This document shows, piece after piece, positions 55,624 through 64,000 of a DNA stretch of 64,000 nt (positions are counted from its first letter, which is position 1; each line of letters opens with the position of its first letter). Origin of the DNA: an uncultured Ardenticatenaceae bacterium (GTDB taxonomy: Bacteria; Chloroflexota; Anaerolineae; Promineifilales; Promineifilaceae). The notes beneath the pieces are model-generated. The model made no database searches. It was not told where the DNA came from and was given only the letters and a program-made list of their open reading frames with translations. Both the position numbers and the translations under genes were made by a program. Where the stretch lies: positions 791 through 64,790 of the forward strand of contig CAYRBP010000010.1 of NCBI GenBank assembly GCA_964422535.1, in the 5' to 3' direction.

Positions 55624-56231
55624 CCACCGCCTTCATCATCTGCGGCGCTCTCGGGCGCGAGGTGCTGGCCATCGTCAGGCAAAATGGCTGGGACGTCGAC
55701 GTATACGGCATCCCGGCCATCGACCACATGTTCCCGGAGCGCATCGCGCCGGACGTCGATCGAAAACTGACGGCCATCCGCCGGCTGTACGATCATGTCC
55801 TGGTCGTCTTCGGAGATTGCGGTTCCCGCGGCGCGCTGGACCTGCTCCTGAGTGCGAAGGGAATCGAACGGATCGACGGCCCCCACTGCTATGAGATGTA
55901 CGGCGGCGCGCTTTTCGACGAACTGATGGAGGAAGAGCCGGGTACCTTCTTTCTGACCGATTTTCTCGTCCGCGGCTTCAAGGGAACGATCTGGCGCGGC
56001 CTCGGCCTCGACCGCTATCCGCAGTTGCTGGACGACTACTTTCGCAACTACCGCCGGCTCGTTTATCTGACGCAAGCGCCCTGTCCCGAACTGGTCGAGC
56101 GGGCGGAGCGTATTGCCGCCACGCTTGGCCTGCCCCTCGAAGTGAGGGAAACCGGCTACGGCATGCTCGAACAGCGACTCAAGGACTGGATGGTACGCCA
56201 TGCAATTCAAGCTCCTCCGACAAGCGATTAA
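55620..56231 (+). CDS. DUF1638-like protein
   Basis: The start overlaps the DinB stop (ATGA). MTTAFIICGALGREV...HVLVVFGDCGSRGALD...GPHCYEMY...TFFLTDFL resembles DUF1638, a family usually found next to corrinoid methyltransferase genes. The assignment is by eye. Confidence 0.55.
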   Translation: MTTAFIICGALGREVLAIVRQNGWDVDVYGIPAIDHMFPERIAPDVDRKLTAIRRLYDHVLVVFGDCGSRGALDLLLSAKGIERIDGPHCYEMYGGALFDELMEEEPGTFFLTDFLVRGFKGTIWRGLGLDRYPQLLDDYFRNYRRLVYLTQAPCPELVERAERIAATLGLPLEVRETGYGMLEQRLKDWMVRHAIQAPPTSD

Positions 56232-57435
56232 CGGCAAGCACGTCCCGCGGATGTGGCGGCCCCACGAGCTGAAGGACAGCTACGACGTGGTCATCATCGG
56301 TGGCGGGGCCCACGGGCTGGCCTGCGCCTATTACCTGGCCAAAGAACATGGCATCACGAACGTGGCCGTGCTCGAGAAACGCTACATCGGCTCCGGGGGG
56401 AGCGGCCGCAACACGACCATCATCCGCAGCAATTACCTGACCCCCGAGGGCGTGCGCTTCTATGACGAGAGCGTCAAGCTCTACGAGGACATGTCGGCCG
56501 AGTTCGAGTTCAACGTCATGTTCAGCCAGCGCGGCCATCTGACGCTCGCCCACACGGACAGCGCCGTCCGCACCATGCGGCGCAGGGCCGAAGTGAACCA
56601 GCTCCAGGGTGTCGATTCGCGCCTCATCTTTCCCGACGAGATCGAGAGGCTCTGCCCGCCGATCGACATCAGCGACCACCCGAGGTATCCGATCCTGGGC
56701 GCACTTTACCACCCGCCGGGCGGCATCATCCGCCATGATGCCGTCGTCTGGGGCTACGCCCAGCATGCCGACCGGATGGGGGTCCACATCCACCAGTTGA
56801 CAGAGGTGACCGGCATCACCGTCGAGGACAACAGGGTCACCGGTGTCGATACGACCCGCGGCCACATCAAGACCGGGACCGTATTAAACGCAACGGCCGG
56901 CTGGTGCAGTACGATCGCCGACATGGCCGGCGTCCGCCTGCCCATCACCACCTTTCCCCTGCAGGCATGCGTCACCGAACCATTGAAGCCCTTCCTCGAT
57001 GTCATCATCGTCTCCGGCAGTCTCCACGTCTACGTCAGCCAGTCGGATCGGGGCGAACTGGTCATGGGCGCGTCGGTTGACCCCTACGCATCCTACTCCA
57101 TGCTCGGCTCGCTCGCCTTCATCGAGGGATTGGCCGGGCATATCCTGGAGCTCTTCCCGTCGCTGCGCCATGTCCGCATCATGCGCCAGTGGGCTGGCCT
57201 CTGTGACATGACGCCCGACTTCAGCCCGATCATGGGCGTCACCGGCGTCGATGGCTTTCTGGTCGACGTCGGCTGGGGGACCTGGGGGTTCAAGGCCTCG
57301 CCCGTCTCCGGCAGGCGGATGGCCGAACTGATCGCCACCGGTCAGACGCCGGACCTCATCCATCCCTTCCGTCTGACCCGCTTCTACGAAGACGACCTGG
57401 TCGGCGAGAAAGGAGCCGCATCGGTCGGTCACTGA
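56200..57435 (+). CDS. soxB: sarcosine oxidase subunit beta
   Basis: It has RMWRPHELKDSYDVVIIGGGAHGLACAYYLAKEHGITNVAVLEKRYIGSGGSGRNTTIIRSNY, the canonical SoxB N-terminus. It overlaps the DUF1638 gene by 32 nt. Confidence 0.93.
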   Translation: MQFKLLRQAINGKHVPRMWRPHELKDSYDVVIIGGGAHGLACAYYLAKEHGITNVAVLEKRYIGSGGSGRNTTIIRSNYLTPEGVRFYDESVKLYEDMSAEFEFNVMFSQRGHLTLAHTDSAVRTMRRRAEVNQLQGVDSRLIFPDEIERLCPPIDISDHPRYPILGALYHPPGGIIRHDAVVWGYAQHADRMGVHIHQLTEVTGITVEDNRVTGVDTTRGHIKTGTVLNATAGWCSTIADMAGVRLPITTFPLQACVTEPLKPFLDVIIVSGSLHVYVSQSDRGELVMGASVDPYASYSMLGSLAFIEGLAGHILELFPSLRHVRIMRQWAGLCDMTPDFSPIMGVTGVDGFLVDVGWGTWGFKASPVSGRRMAELIATGQTPDLIHPFRLTRFYEDDLVGEKGAASVGH

Positions 57436-57449
57436 GAGGTAGCAAGATC

Positions 57450-57731
57450 ATGATCCGCATCGACTGTCCCAACTGCGGTCCGCGCAACGCGCTCGAGTTC
57501 CGCTATGGTGGCGAATACAACCCACGACCCAGCCAGCCGCTGTCTGTGAGTGACGAGGAGTGGGCCGATTACATCTACATGCGTAACAACCGGCTCGGCA
57601 TCCAGACCGAATGGTGGTACCACCGCGCCGGCTGCGGCACCTGGTTCCTGGCCGAACGGCACACCAAGACCAACGAAATCATCCGGACCACCTTCTGGCG
57701 TCCGAAGGAGACGTCACAGCCCGGTGACTAG
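57450..57731 (+). CDS. soxD: sarcosine oxidase subunit delta
   Basis: MIRIDCPNCGPRNALEFRYGGE... with WYHRAGCGTWF, the SoxD zinc-binding pattern. Confidence 0.9.
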   Translation: MIRIDCPNCGPRNALEFRYGGEYNPRPSQPLSVSDEEWADYIYMRNNRLGIQTEWWYHRAGCGTWFLAERHTKTNEIIRTTFWRPKETSQPGD

Positions 57732-60618
57732 AAAAGCCCTCGCCCCCTCCCGGCTGCCCGCGAGCCAGATCGACCCTGACACGACGATTACCTTCACGTT
57801 TGACGGCGAGCGCTACCCCGCCCATCCCGGTGACACGATCGCCTCAGCGCTGGCTGCGGCCGGCGTGCGTATCTTCAGCCGCTCCTTCAAGTACCACCGG
57901 CCGCGTGGCTTGCTGTGCTGCGCCGGGCAGTGCCCCAACTGCCTCGTTCAGGTCGGCGATGAACCAAGTGTCCGCTCGTGCACGCGCCCGGTCACAGACG
58001 GCATGGTCGTCACGCCCCAGAACGTCCGCGGCTCGCTGCAACATGACCTCATGTCGGCAGTCCAGCTGGGCGACCGCTTTCTCCCGGTGGGGTTCTACTA
58101 CAAGGCCTTCATCCACCCGCAGTTCCTGTGGCATGTCTATGAGAAGTTTCTGCGCCAGGCCGCCGGACTGGGCAAGATCAATCTCGACACCCCGCCCGGT
58201 GACTATGTCAAGCAGTACCTCCACGCAGACGTGGCGGTCGTCGGCGGCGGGCCGGCGGGGCTCTCTGCGGCTCTCACCGCGGCCGCAGCCGGCGCGCGCG
58301 TCCTCTTGTTTGACGAGAGCGATGCGCTCGGAGGCCACCTGCGCTATTCAGCCGGGGGCGCCGAAACGCGCGAGCGCCTGGTCGGCGAAGTTGAGGCTCA
58401 CGAGCACATAGTTCGCTACACGAAAACGACGGTCGTCGGCTGGTACGAGGAAAACTGGCTGGCCGCCGTCTCGCCTCGCCCGGACGGCGATATCCTCTAC
58501 AAGATCCGCGCCGGCAGCGTCGTCTTCGCCACCGGCGCCTACGAACAGCCGCTCCTGTTCGACAACAACGACCTGCCGGGCGTCATGCTTGGCAGCGGCA
58601 TCCAGCGCCTGATCCACCTGTTCGGCGTCGCCCCCGGCCGCAGGGCAGTCGTCCTGGCCGCCGGACCCCATGGCTGGCAGGTTGCCGCCGACATGCACCG
58701 GGCCGGGATTGAGATCGCCGCTGTGGCCGACCTCCGCTCCGGGCCGGGCCTGGCCCCTGAGGCGGCCGAACTGGTGAGCCAGGGCGTGCCCGTGCACTGG
58801 AACCACGGCGTCTACGCCGCCGACGGCAGCCGCGAAGTTGAAGCGGCGATCATCGCCCCGTTGAGCGCCGCCGGCGAAGTGACCGGCGCTTCCCGGCGCG
58901 TGCCCTGCGACCTCATCGCAGTCTGCGCCAACTGGACGCCGGCAAATGGTTTGCTCTACCAGGCGGGCGCCGCGATCACGTACGACGAGACACGCAACCT
59001 GTTCCTGCCTGGTTCGCTCCCGCCCGGCGTCTTCGCCGCGGGGCGGGTCAATGGCGTCTTCACGCTTGAGAACGAGCTGGCCGGGGGCGCTCGGGCCGGC
59101 CGGGAAGCCGCACAAGCCGCGGGGTTCGAGCCCGCAGACCAGCCGCCTGAAGACGCCGAACTGACCCAGGAGACGGCGCCGGGGTCGGCTCTGGTCCGCG
59201 TCAGGGGCAGTCACAAGCGCTTTCTCTGCTACTGCGAAGACGTCACGGACACCGATCTGGAGACGGCGATTGCCGAGGGCTATGACAGTATCGAACTGCT
59301 GAAACGCTACAGCACGATCTCTATGGGCCCCTGCCAGGGCAAGATGTGCTCGCTCAATACCATCCACCTCTGCGCGCGCGCCAACCAGTGGACGATCGAG
59401 CAAACGGGCACGACCACGGCGCGGCCGCCGATGACGCCCGTTTCGCTCGGTGCGTTGGCCGGCCAGAACATGGAACCAGTGCAGGTCTCGCCGGTTCACG
59501 AATGGCACAAGGCGGCCGGCGCCAGGATGATGATCGCCGGGTTGTGGCTGCGACCCGAGCACTACGGCGACCCCGCGGCCGAGGTTCGCGCGGTGCGTGA
59601 AGCCGTTGGCCTGATCGACGTCAGCACCCTCGGCAAGCTTCGACTGTCCGGACCCGGCGTGCCCGCGTTGCTTGACAGGCTATACATCAACAAGTGGCGG
59701 GGGCTGGACGTCGGCCGGGTTCGATACGGCATCATGTGCAACGACGAGGGCATCATCCTCGACGACGGCGTGACCGCCCGCTTCGGTGAACAGGAATGGT
59801 ATACCACCACGACTTCATCCGGAGCCGGGGCGATCTTCGAGTGGATGCAGTGGTGGGTCCAGTCGGGTTGGGGCCAGGGCGTCCACATCGCCAATGTGAC
59901 CGAAGCCTACGCCGCCTTTAATCTTAGCGGGCCCCGCTCGCGCGCGGTCCTGCAGCAGGTTGTGGAGAGTGACATTTCTAACGAGGCATTCGCCTACATG
60001 CAGGCCCGTGAATTGACGGTCGCAGGTGTGCCCTGCCGGGTCCTGCGCATCGGCTTCACGGGCGAGCTGTCATTCGAGATTCACTGCCCATCCGGCTACG
60101 GGTGGCACGTCTGGGAGGCGCTGATGGAGGCGGGCGCGGCCTACGGCATCCGCCCGTTCGGCGTCGAGGCCCAACGCATCCTCCGTCTTGAGAAAGCCCA
60201 CATCATTGTCGGCCAGGATACAGACGCGCTGACGGACCCAATCGCGGCCGACCAGGCCTGGGCTGTCAAACTCGACAAGGCCGACTTTCTCGGCCAGCGC
60301 GCCCTGTCACGCGTCTCGGAAAAGGGACCAAAGGAACGTCTCGTCGGTTTCAAGATGGCGGCCCGGGGCATCGTGCCCGATGAGGGTCTCCAGATAGTCC
60401 GGCCCGGAACTGGCGGCCGTCTCGAGATCATCGGTTGGGTCACATCCTGCCGGCATAGTCCCATGCTGGACGAGACGATTGGCCTGTGCTGGCTGCCGGC
60501 GGACCTGGCCGCCACGGCCGGACAGAAGTTCACCATTCGCATGAATGGCAGGCTTGAGACAGCGCTCGTCCATCACGGCCCGTTCTACGACCCGGAAGGC
60601 ACGCGCCTGCGGATGTAG
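57724..60618 (+). CDS. soxA: sarcosine oxidase subunit alpha
   Basis: The GTG at 57724 overlaps the soxD stop. It has the N-terminal FTFDGERYPAHPGDTIASAL, the FAD/NAD motif VAVVGGGPAGLSAA, and a C-terminal GcvT-like folate-binding domain. The track ORF start at 57550 is an out-of-gene extension. Confidence 0.92.
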   Translation: MTRKALAPSRLPASQIDPDTTITFTFDGERYPAHPGDTIASALAAAGVRIFSRSFKYHRPRGLLCCAGQCPNCLVQVGDEPSVRSCTRPVTDGMVVTPQNVRGSLQHDLMSAVQLGDRFLPVGFYYKAFIHPQFLWHVYEKFLRQAAGLGKINLDTPPGDYVKQYLHADVAVVGGGPAGLSAALTAAAAGARVLLFDESDALGGHLRYSAGGAETRERLVGEVEAHEHIVRYTKTTVVGWYEENWLAAVSPRPDGDILYKIRAGSVVFATGAYEQPLLFDNNDLPGVMLGSGIQRLIHLFGVAPGRRAVVLAAGPHGWQVAADMHRAGIEIAAVADLRSGPGLAPEAAELVSQGVPVHWNHGVYAADGSREVEAAIIAPLSAAGEVTGASRRVPCDLIAVCANWTPANGLLYQAGAAITYDETRNLFLPGSLPPGVFAAGRVNGVFTLENELAGGARAGREAAQAAGFEPADQPPEDAELTQETAPGSALVRVRGSHKRFLCYCEDVTDTDLETAIAEGYDSIELLKRYSTISMGPCQGKMCSLNTIHLCARANQWTIEQTGTTTARPPMTPVSLGALAGQNMEPVQVSPVHEWHKAAGARMMIAGLWLRPEHYGDPAAEVRAVREAVGLIDVSTLGKLRLSGPGVPALLDRLYINKWRGLDVGRVRYGIMCNDEGIILDDGVTARFGEQEWYTTTTSSGAGAIFEWMQWWVQSGWGQGVHIANVTEAYAAFNLSGPRSRAVLQQVVESDISNEAFAYMQARELTVAGVPCRVLRIGFTGELSFEIHCPSGYGWHVWEALMEAGAAYGIRPFGVEAQRILRLEKAHIIVGQDTDALTDPIAADQAWAVKLDKADFLGQRALSRVSEKGPKERLVGFKMAARGIVPDEGLQIVRPGTGGRLEIIGWVTSCRHSPMLDETIGLCWLPADLAATAGQKFTIRMNGRLETALVHHGPFYDPEGTRLRM

Positions 60619-60651
60619 CCGGACGAACGACGAACCCGGAGCACACGCAAC

Positions 60652-61368
60652 ATGACCACAGCGACACCCCCCATCATGCGGTCGCCACTCTATGGAGCAG
60701 CGGCCCGGCTAAATGCCGAACTCCGCATCCACCATGGCTGGTGGGCGGCCGAGCGTTTCGGCGCCGTGGAAGAAGACGAAACCGACCTGTTGCATGGCGT
60801 CGCGCTGGCTGACCTGTCGGCTGCGGGCAAGATCGCGATCCACGGCCGCGAGGCCGGCAGCCTCCTATCCAGCCTCGGTGTGGGCGACCCGGCAATCGGC
60901 CGGAGCGCGCCCGTCGCTGGCGGCCGCATTTACCGCCTGCGCGCTGACCAGTTCTTTGCCGCCACAGGGCCGGCCGGGACGGAGTCGATGATTGAGGCGC
61001 TGGAAACGGCGCGGGCCGACGCCGATGCTTTCGTTACCGTGACCGACATGACCCATGGCAGGGCGCAGCTGGGGCTCTTTGGCCCCCACGCCCCTGAACT
61101 GCTAAGCCGGCTGTGCGGTCTTGACTTCTCCGACGCGGCTTTTCCGGACGGGGCAGCCCTGGCAAGCAGCGTCGCCAAGACCACCCAGCTCATCGTGCGC
61201 CATGATGTCGACGGGCCCGCGGGGTCCGTTACGGGGTTCTCGGTGATCGGCGCGCGCTCGCTTGGCGACTACCTGTGGCAGACTGTCCTGGCCGCCGGCC
61301 GGGACTTTGGCGTGCGCCCGATGGGCTGGCGAGCCGCGTCCCAGTTGATGGGTTGGCCGGCTGACTGA
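60652..61368 (+). CDS. soxG: sarcosine oxidase subunit gamma
   Basis: This 238-aa protein lies in the conserved soxBDAG position and has a GcvT-related fold pattern (LADLSAAGKIAIHG). Confidence 0.8.
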   Translation: MTTATPPIMRSPLYGAAARLNAELRIHHGWWAAERFGAVEEDETDLLHGVALADLSAAGKIAIHGREAGSLLSSLGVGDPAIGRSAPVAGGRIYRLRADQFFAATGPAGTESMIEALETARADADAFVTVTDMTHGRAQLGLFGPHAPELLSRLCGLDFSDAAFPDGAALASSVAKTTQLIVRHDVDGPAGSVTGFSVIGARSLGDYLWQTVLAAGRDFGVRPMGWRAASQLMGWPAD

Positions 61369-61375
61369 CGGCCGC

Positions 61376-62593
61376 CTACGGCAACGGCTCGGGCGCCAGC
61401 TTGACCGTGCGCCGGGCAGTCCAGACGGCCAGTTCGTTCACGACGAGCATCACCACCGACGTGGCAAAGAGAAAGAGCGCGATGCTCTCCAGCCCGCGCT
61501 GTTCGCCCAGAACACCGGCCACGCCCGGGAGGACCGCGAAGCCCACCGCCGCCGATCCCGTCTGGTAGCCGATCGTCGTCGCCGCATGGACCAGGCCGAC
61601 GCGCGCCGGCGTGTCTGACTGCAGCGTCGGGAAGATCGCCGACAGCGACAGCCCCATCAGGGCAACACCGACGAAACCAACGGGGATGCTGCGGAACAGG
61701 ATGAGCGCGGCCGCCATGACCGTGCCGATCATGCTCAGCCGCAGCAACCGCTCGATGCCGATGCGCTTGGCCCCGGCCCCGAGAAAGATGCGGCCGATCG
61801 TTAGCATCGCCCAGAAGATGCTCGTCAATATGCCTGCGGCATAGGGCGACAGCATCCGCGACTCGGTGAATAGGGTGTATGTCCACTGCCCCGCCGACGC
61901 TTCAACGCCGGTATAGAGAAAGAACAGCAGAATGCCCAGCCAGACGGCCGGCATGCGCAGCGTCTCAGCCACCCGCGCCCGTGTGAGGATGCGGTCGGGT
62001 TGCGGCGCGACACGGAGCGCGCTGTTCGCTATGCGAACACTGCGCGCCATCAAGACCGCCACGACGGCCAGCGCAACATGAATGACGCCCACGAACACGT
62101 AGCCATAGCGCCAGCTCAGCCCCAGGCCGATCAGCGCTGTGACGATCAGCGGCCCCAGCGTCGCGCCCAGACCGAAGCTGGCATGCATCCAGTTCATCGT
62201 CTTCACCGAGTGGCTGCCGGCCACGTAGATGTTGCTGCCGGTGTCGATCGTGCCGGACCCCCAGCCACCCAGCAGCGCCGCCGCAACCATCAGCGACCAA
62301 CCCGGCGCGCTGGCCTGGGTGAACAGGCCAACGGCCGCCACGGCGTTCGCCAGCGCCAGGAACAGGAGCAGCCCCAGCCGCGACATGAGCTGCCCGGCCA
62401 GGATGCTCCCGGCAGTGAAGCCGATCGTGGACGCGATCAGGAGGAACACGACTGCATCAAGGGGCAGGCCGAATGAGCCACGGATCGACGGCCAGGCGAC
62501 GCCCAACAGGCCGCTGTTGATGCCAACGGCGACAAAACATGTGAAGGCCAGTCCGAGCGCCTTTCGACGCTGGGATGCATCCGTCAGGACCAT
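61376..62593 (-). CDS. MFS transporter
   Basis: The ATG at 62593 gives MVLTDASQRRKALGLAFTCFVAVGINSGLLGVAW, followed by 12 predicted helices. The upstream 180 codons of the track ORF overlap the aldo/keto reductase gene on the other strand and look non-coding. Confidence 0.85.
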   Translation of the reverse strand: MVLTDASQRRKALGLAFTCFVAVGINSGLLGVAWPSIRGSFGLPLDAVVFLLIASTIGFTAGSILAGQLMSRLGLLLFLALANAVAAVGLFTQASAPGWSLMVAAALLGGWGSGTIDTGSNIYVAGSHSVKTMNWMHASFGLGATLGPLIVTALIGLGLSWRYGYVFVGVIHVALAVVAVLMARSVRIANSALRVAPQPDRILTRARVAETLRMPAVWLGILLFFLYTGVEASAGQWTYTLFTESRMLSPYAAGILTSIFWAMLTIGRIFLGAGAKRIGIERLLRLSMIGTVMAAALILFRSIPVGFVGVALMGLSLSAIFPTLQSDTPARVGLVHAATTIGYQTGSAAVGFAVLPGVAGVLGEQRGLESIALFLFATSVVMLVVNELAVWTARRTVKLAPEPLP

Positions 62594-62701
62594 GTGCTGC
62601 TCCTCGTCTTCCGAGCGGTCGAGCGGCCGCCCGCAGCGCCCCCGCCATTTGGCGTTGGACCACCCGGACAAGTATACTGCCTTTGATTCAAGGGGGTATC
62701 T

Positions 62702-63697
62702 GTGGAGACTCGTCCGTTTGGAGCGACTGGCGTCCGTGTCACTCCGCTTGGGCTCGGTCTGGCCGCACTCGGCCGTCCGGGCTATATCAACCTCGGCCAC
62801 GCCGCTGATCTCAGGCACGACTACACGGTTGAGGCGATGGAAGCCCACGCTCATGCCGTCCTGGATGCAGCCAGGGCGGCGGGCATCCGCTACTACGATG
62901 CCGCCCGGTCGTACGGCCGGGCCGAGCAGTTCCTTGGCTCGTGGCTGGCGTCCCGCGCCGTCTCGCCCGACCAGGTCGTGGTGGGTTCGAAGTGGGGCTA
63001 CACCTACACGGCCGGCTGGCAGGTGAAGGCCGAGAAGCACGAGGTCAAGGAGCACTCCCTGCCGGTCCTGCGACGGCAGATCGCCGAAAGCCGCGAGCAG
63101 CTCGGTCGCTACTTGTGCCTGTACCAGATTCACTCGGCGACACTTGACAGCGGTGTCCTGGAAAACGCCGGCGTCCTGGATGCGCTGGCCGGCCTGCGCG
63201 ATGAAGGGTTGGTCATCGGCCTCTCACTCAGCGGGCCCCTGCAGGGCGAGACGCTCCTGCGGGCGATGGAAGTTGTTCGCGACGGCCGGCCGCTGTTCGG
63301 AAGCGTCCAGGCGACATGGAACCTGCTGGCCCGCGAGGCAGGCCCCGCGCTCCGGCAGGCGGCCGAGGCGGGGTTGGGCGTCATCGTCAAGGAGGCGCTG
63401 GCCAACGGCCGCCTGACTTCCCGCAACGAAGATCCCGGTTTTGGCCCCAGACGCCGCCTGCTCGAGGAGACGGCCGCGGCGCTTGATACGACGGTTGACG
63501 CGCTGGCGCTCGCCGCGGTCCTGGCCCAGCCCTGGGCATCGGTCGTCCTCAGCGGTGCAGCCAACGCCGAGCAGCTGCGGTCGAACGTCGCTGCCCTCAG
63601 CGTGCCGTGGTCGGCCGAGTTGGAGGACCGTCTCGCGGCCCTGACCGAACCGGGCGAGGTCTACTGGCAACGCCGCAGCGCGCTGGAATGGAATTAG
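62702..63697 (+). CDS. aldo/keto reductase
   Basis: The GTG start has an AGGGGG RBS. It shows the AKR pattern LGLGLAALG...YDAARSYG...GSKWGY...YQIHS. Confidence 0.88.
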   Translation: METRPFGATGVRVTPLGLGLAALGRPGYINLGHAADLRHDYTVEAMEAHAHAVLDAARAAGIRYYDAARSYGRAEQFLGSWLASRAVSPDQVVVGSKWGYTYTAGWQVKAEKHEVKEHSLPVLRRQIAESREQLGRYLCLYQIHSATLDSGVLENAGVLDALAGLRDEGLVIGLSLSGPLQGETLLRAMEVVRDGRPLFGSVQATWNLLAREAGPALRQAAEAGLGVIVKEALANGRLTSRNEDPGFGPRRRLLEETAAALDTTVDALALAAVLAQPWASVVLSGAANAEQLRSNVAALSVPWSAELEDRLAALTEPGEVYWQRRSALEWN

Positions 63698-63711
63698 CCA
63701 AGGAGAAAGAC

Positions 63712-64000
63712 ATGTTCATCGTTCACGTCTTCGTTCACGTCAAGCCCGAGTCGATCGAGGCGTTCAAGACGGCCACGCTGGACAACGCCCGCAACAGCGT
63801 GCAGGAGCCCGGCATCGCCCGCTTCGACGTCATCCAGCAGCTGGACGACCCGACCCGGTTCGTGCTGGTCGAGGTCTACCGCACGCCGGACGACCCGGCT
63901 CGCCACAAGGAGACGGCCCACTATGCCATCTGGCGCGATGCCGTGGCCGACATGATGGCCGAGCCCCGGACGAGCATCAAGTACGGCAACGTCTTCCCCG
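63712..64000 (+). CDS. antibiotic-biosynthesis-monooxygenase (ABM/Dabb) family protein, 3' end beyond window
   Basis: AAGGAGAAAGAC precedes the ATG at 63712. Manual translation gives [71 protein letters not shown].., a typical ABM ferredoxin-like fold pattern. It is not in the ORF track because no stop lies in the window. Confidence 0.7.
   Translation, partial: MFIVHVFVHVKPESIEAFKTATLDNARNSVQEPGIARFDVIQQLDDPTRFVLVEVYRTPDDPARHKETAHYAIWRDAVADMMAEPRTSIKYGNVFP

Overview
High-GC bacterial chromosomal segment. The gene content and consensus-like TTGACA/TATAAT promoters are compatible with a Chloroflexota- or Actinobacteria-like organism, but the lineage cannot be determined from this window. It is densely coding, and I found no rRNA, CRISPR array or obvious transposon.

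Layout:
- 0.4-10.3 kb (+): housekeeping genes. These are fabI, a SAM-I riboswitch plus metK, ffh, rpsP, a KH protein, rimM, dprA, a mannose-1-P guanylyltransferase, and topA.
- 10.4-17.7 kb (-): one long co-directional string. It runs panB, panE, panC, a sirtuin, Trm112, an unusual 913-aa three-domain fusion (Ser/Thr-dehydratase-like PLP domain + 2-hydroxyacid-dehydrogenase-like domain + ParB/Srx SerK/SbnI-like domain), and a HAD hydrolase.
- 17.8-37.4 kb: mixed content. It holds a redoxin, an SDR, a secreted 3xPA14+2xSH3b protein, selB, a 421-aa coiled-coil protein, two GT4 glycosyltransferases, and an M24 peptidase. It also holds a selD whose N-terminus is only recovered by reading an in-frame TGA as selenocysteine, two FHA proteins, and tRNA-Gly(CCC). 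The rest is an O-antigen-ligase-like protein, an OmpR-type regulator, rpsT, manA and glgB.
- 37.5-38.7 kb: a lone tyrosine recombinase behind an AT-rich spacer.
- 38.7-61.4 kb: what looks like a methylated-amine / glycine-betaine-type catabolic island. It contains IclR, an unknown protein, a non-Pyl MttB-family methyltransferase, a FAD oxidoreductase and a signal-less PhnD-like protein. It also contains a peptide/opine-type ABC importer, then PucR, DinB, DUF1638 and heterotetrameric sarcosine oxidase soxBDAG.
- 61.4-64 kb: an MFS transporter, an aldo/keto reductase, and a partial ABM monooxygenase.

Most noteworthy:
- the Sec-recoded selD;
- the PLP/dehydrogenase/ParB-Srx fusion;
- the MttB-family cluster, which has no corrinoid partner in the window;
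- a roughly 680-nt unexplained leader upstream of the ABC operon;
- an ORF that reads through a tRNA gene.

All homology statements come from reading motifs by eye. No database search was run.
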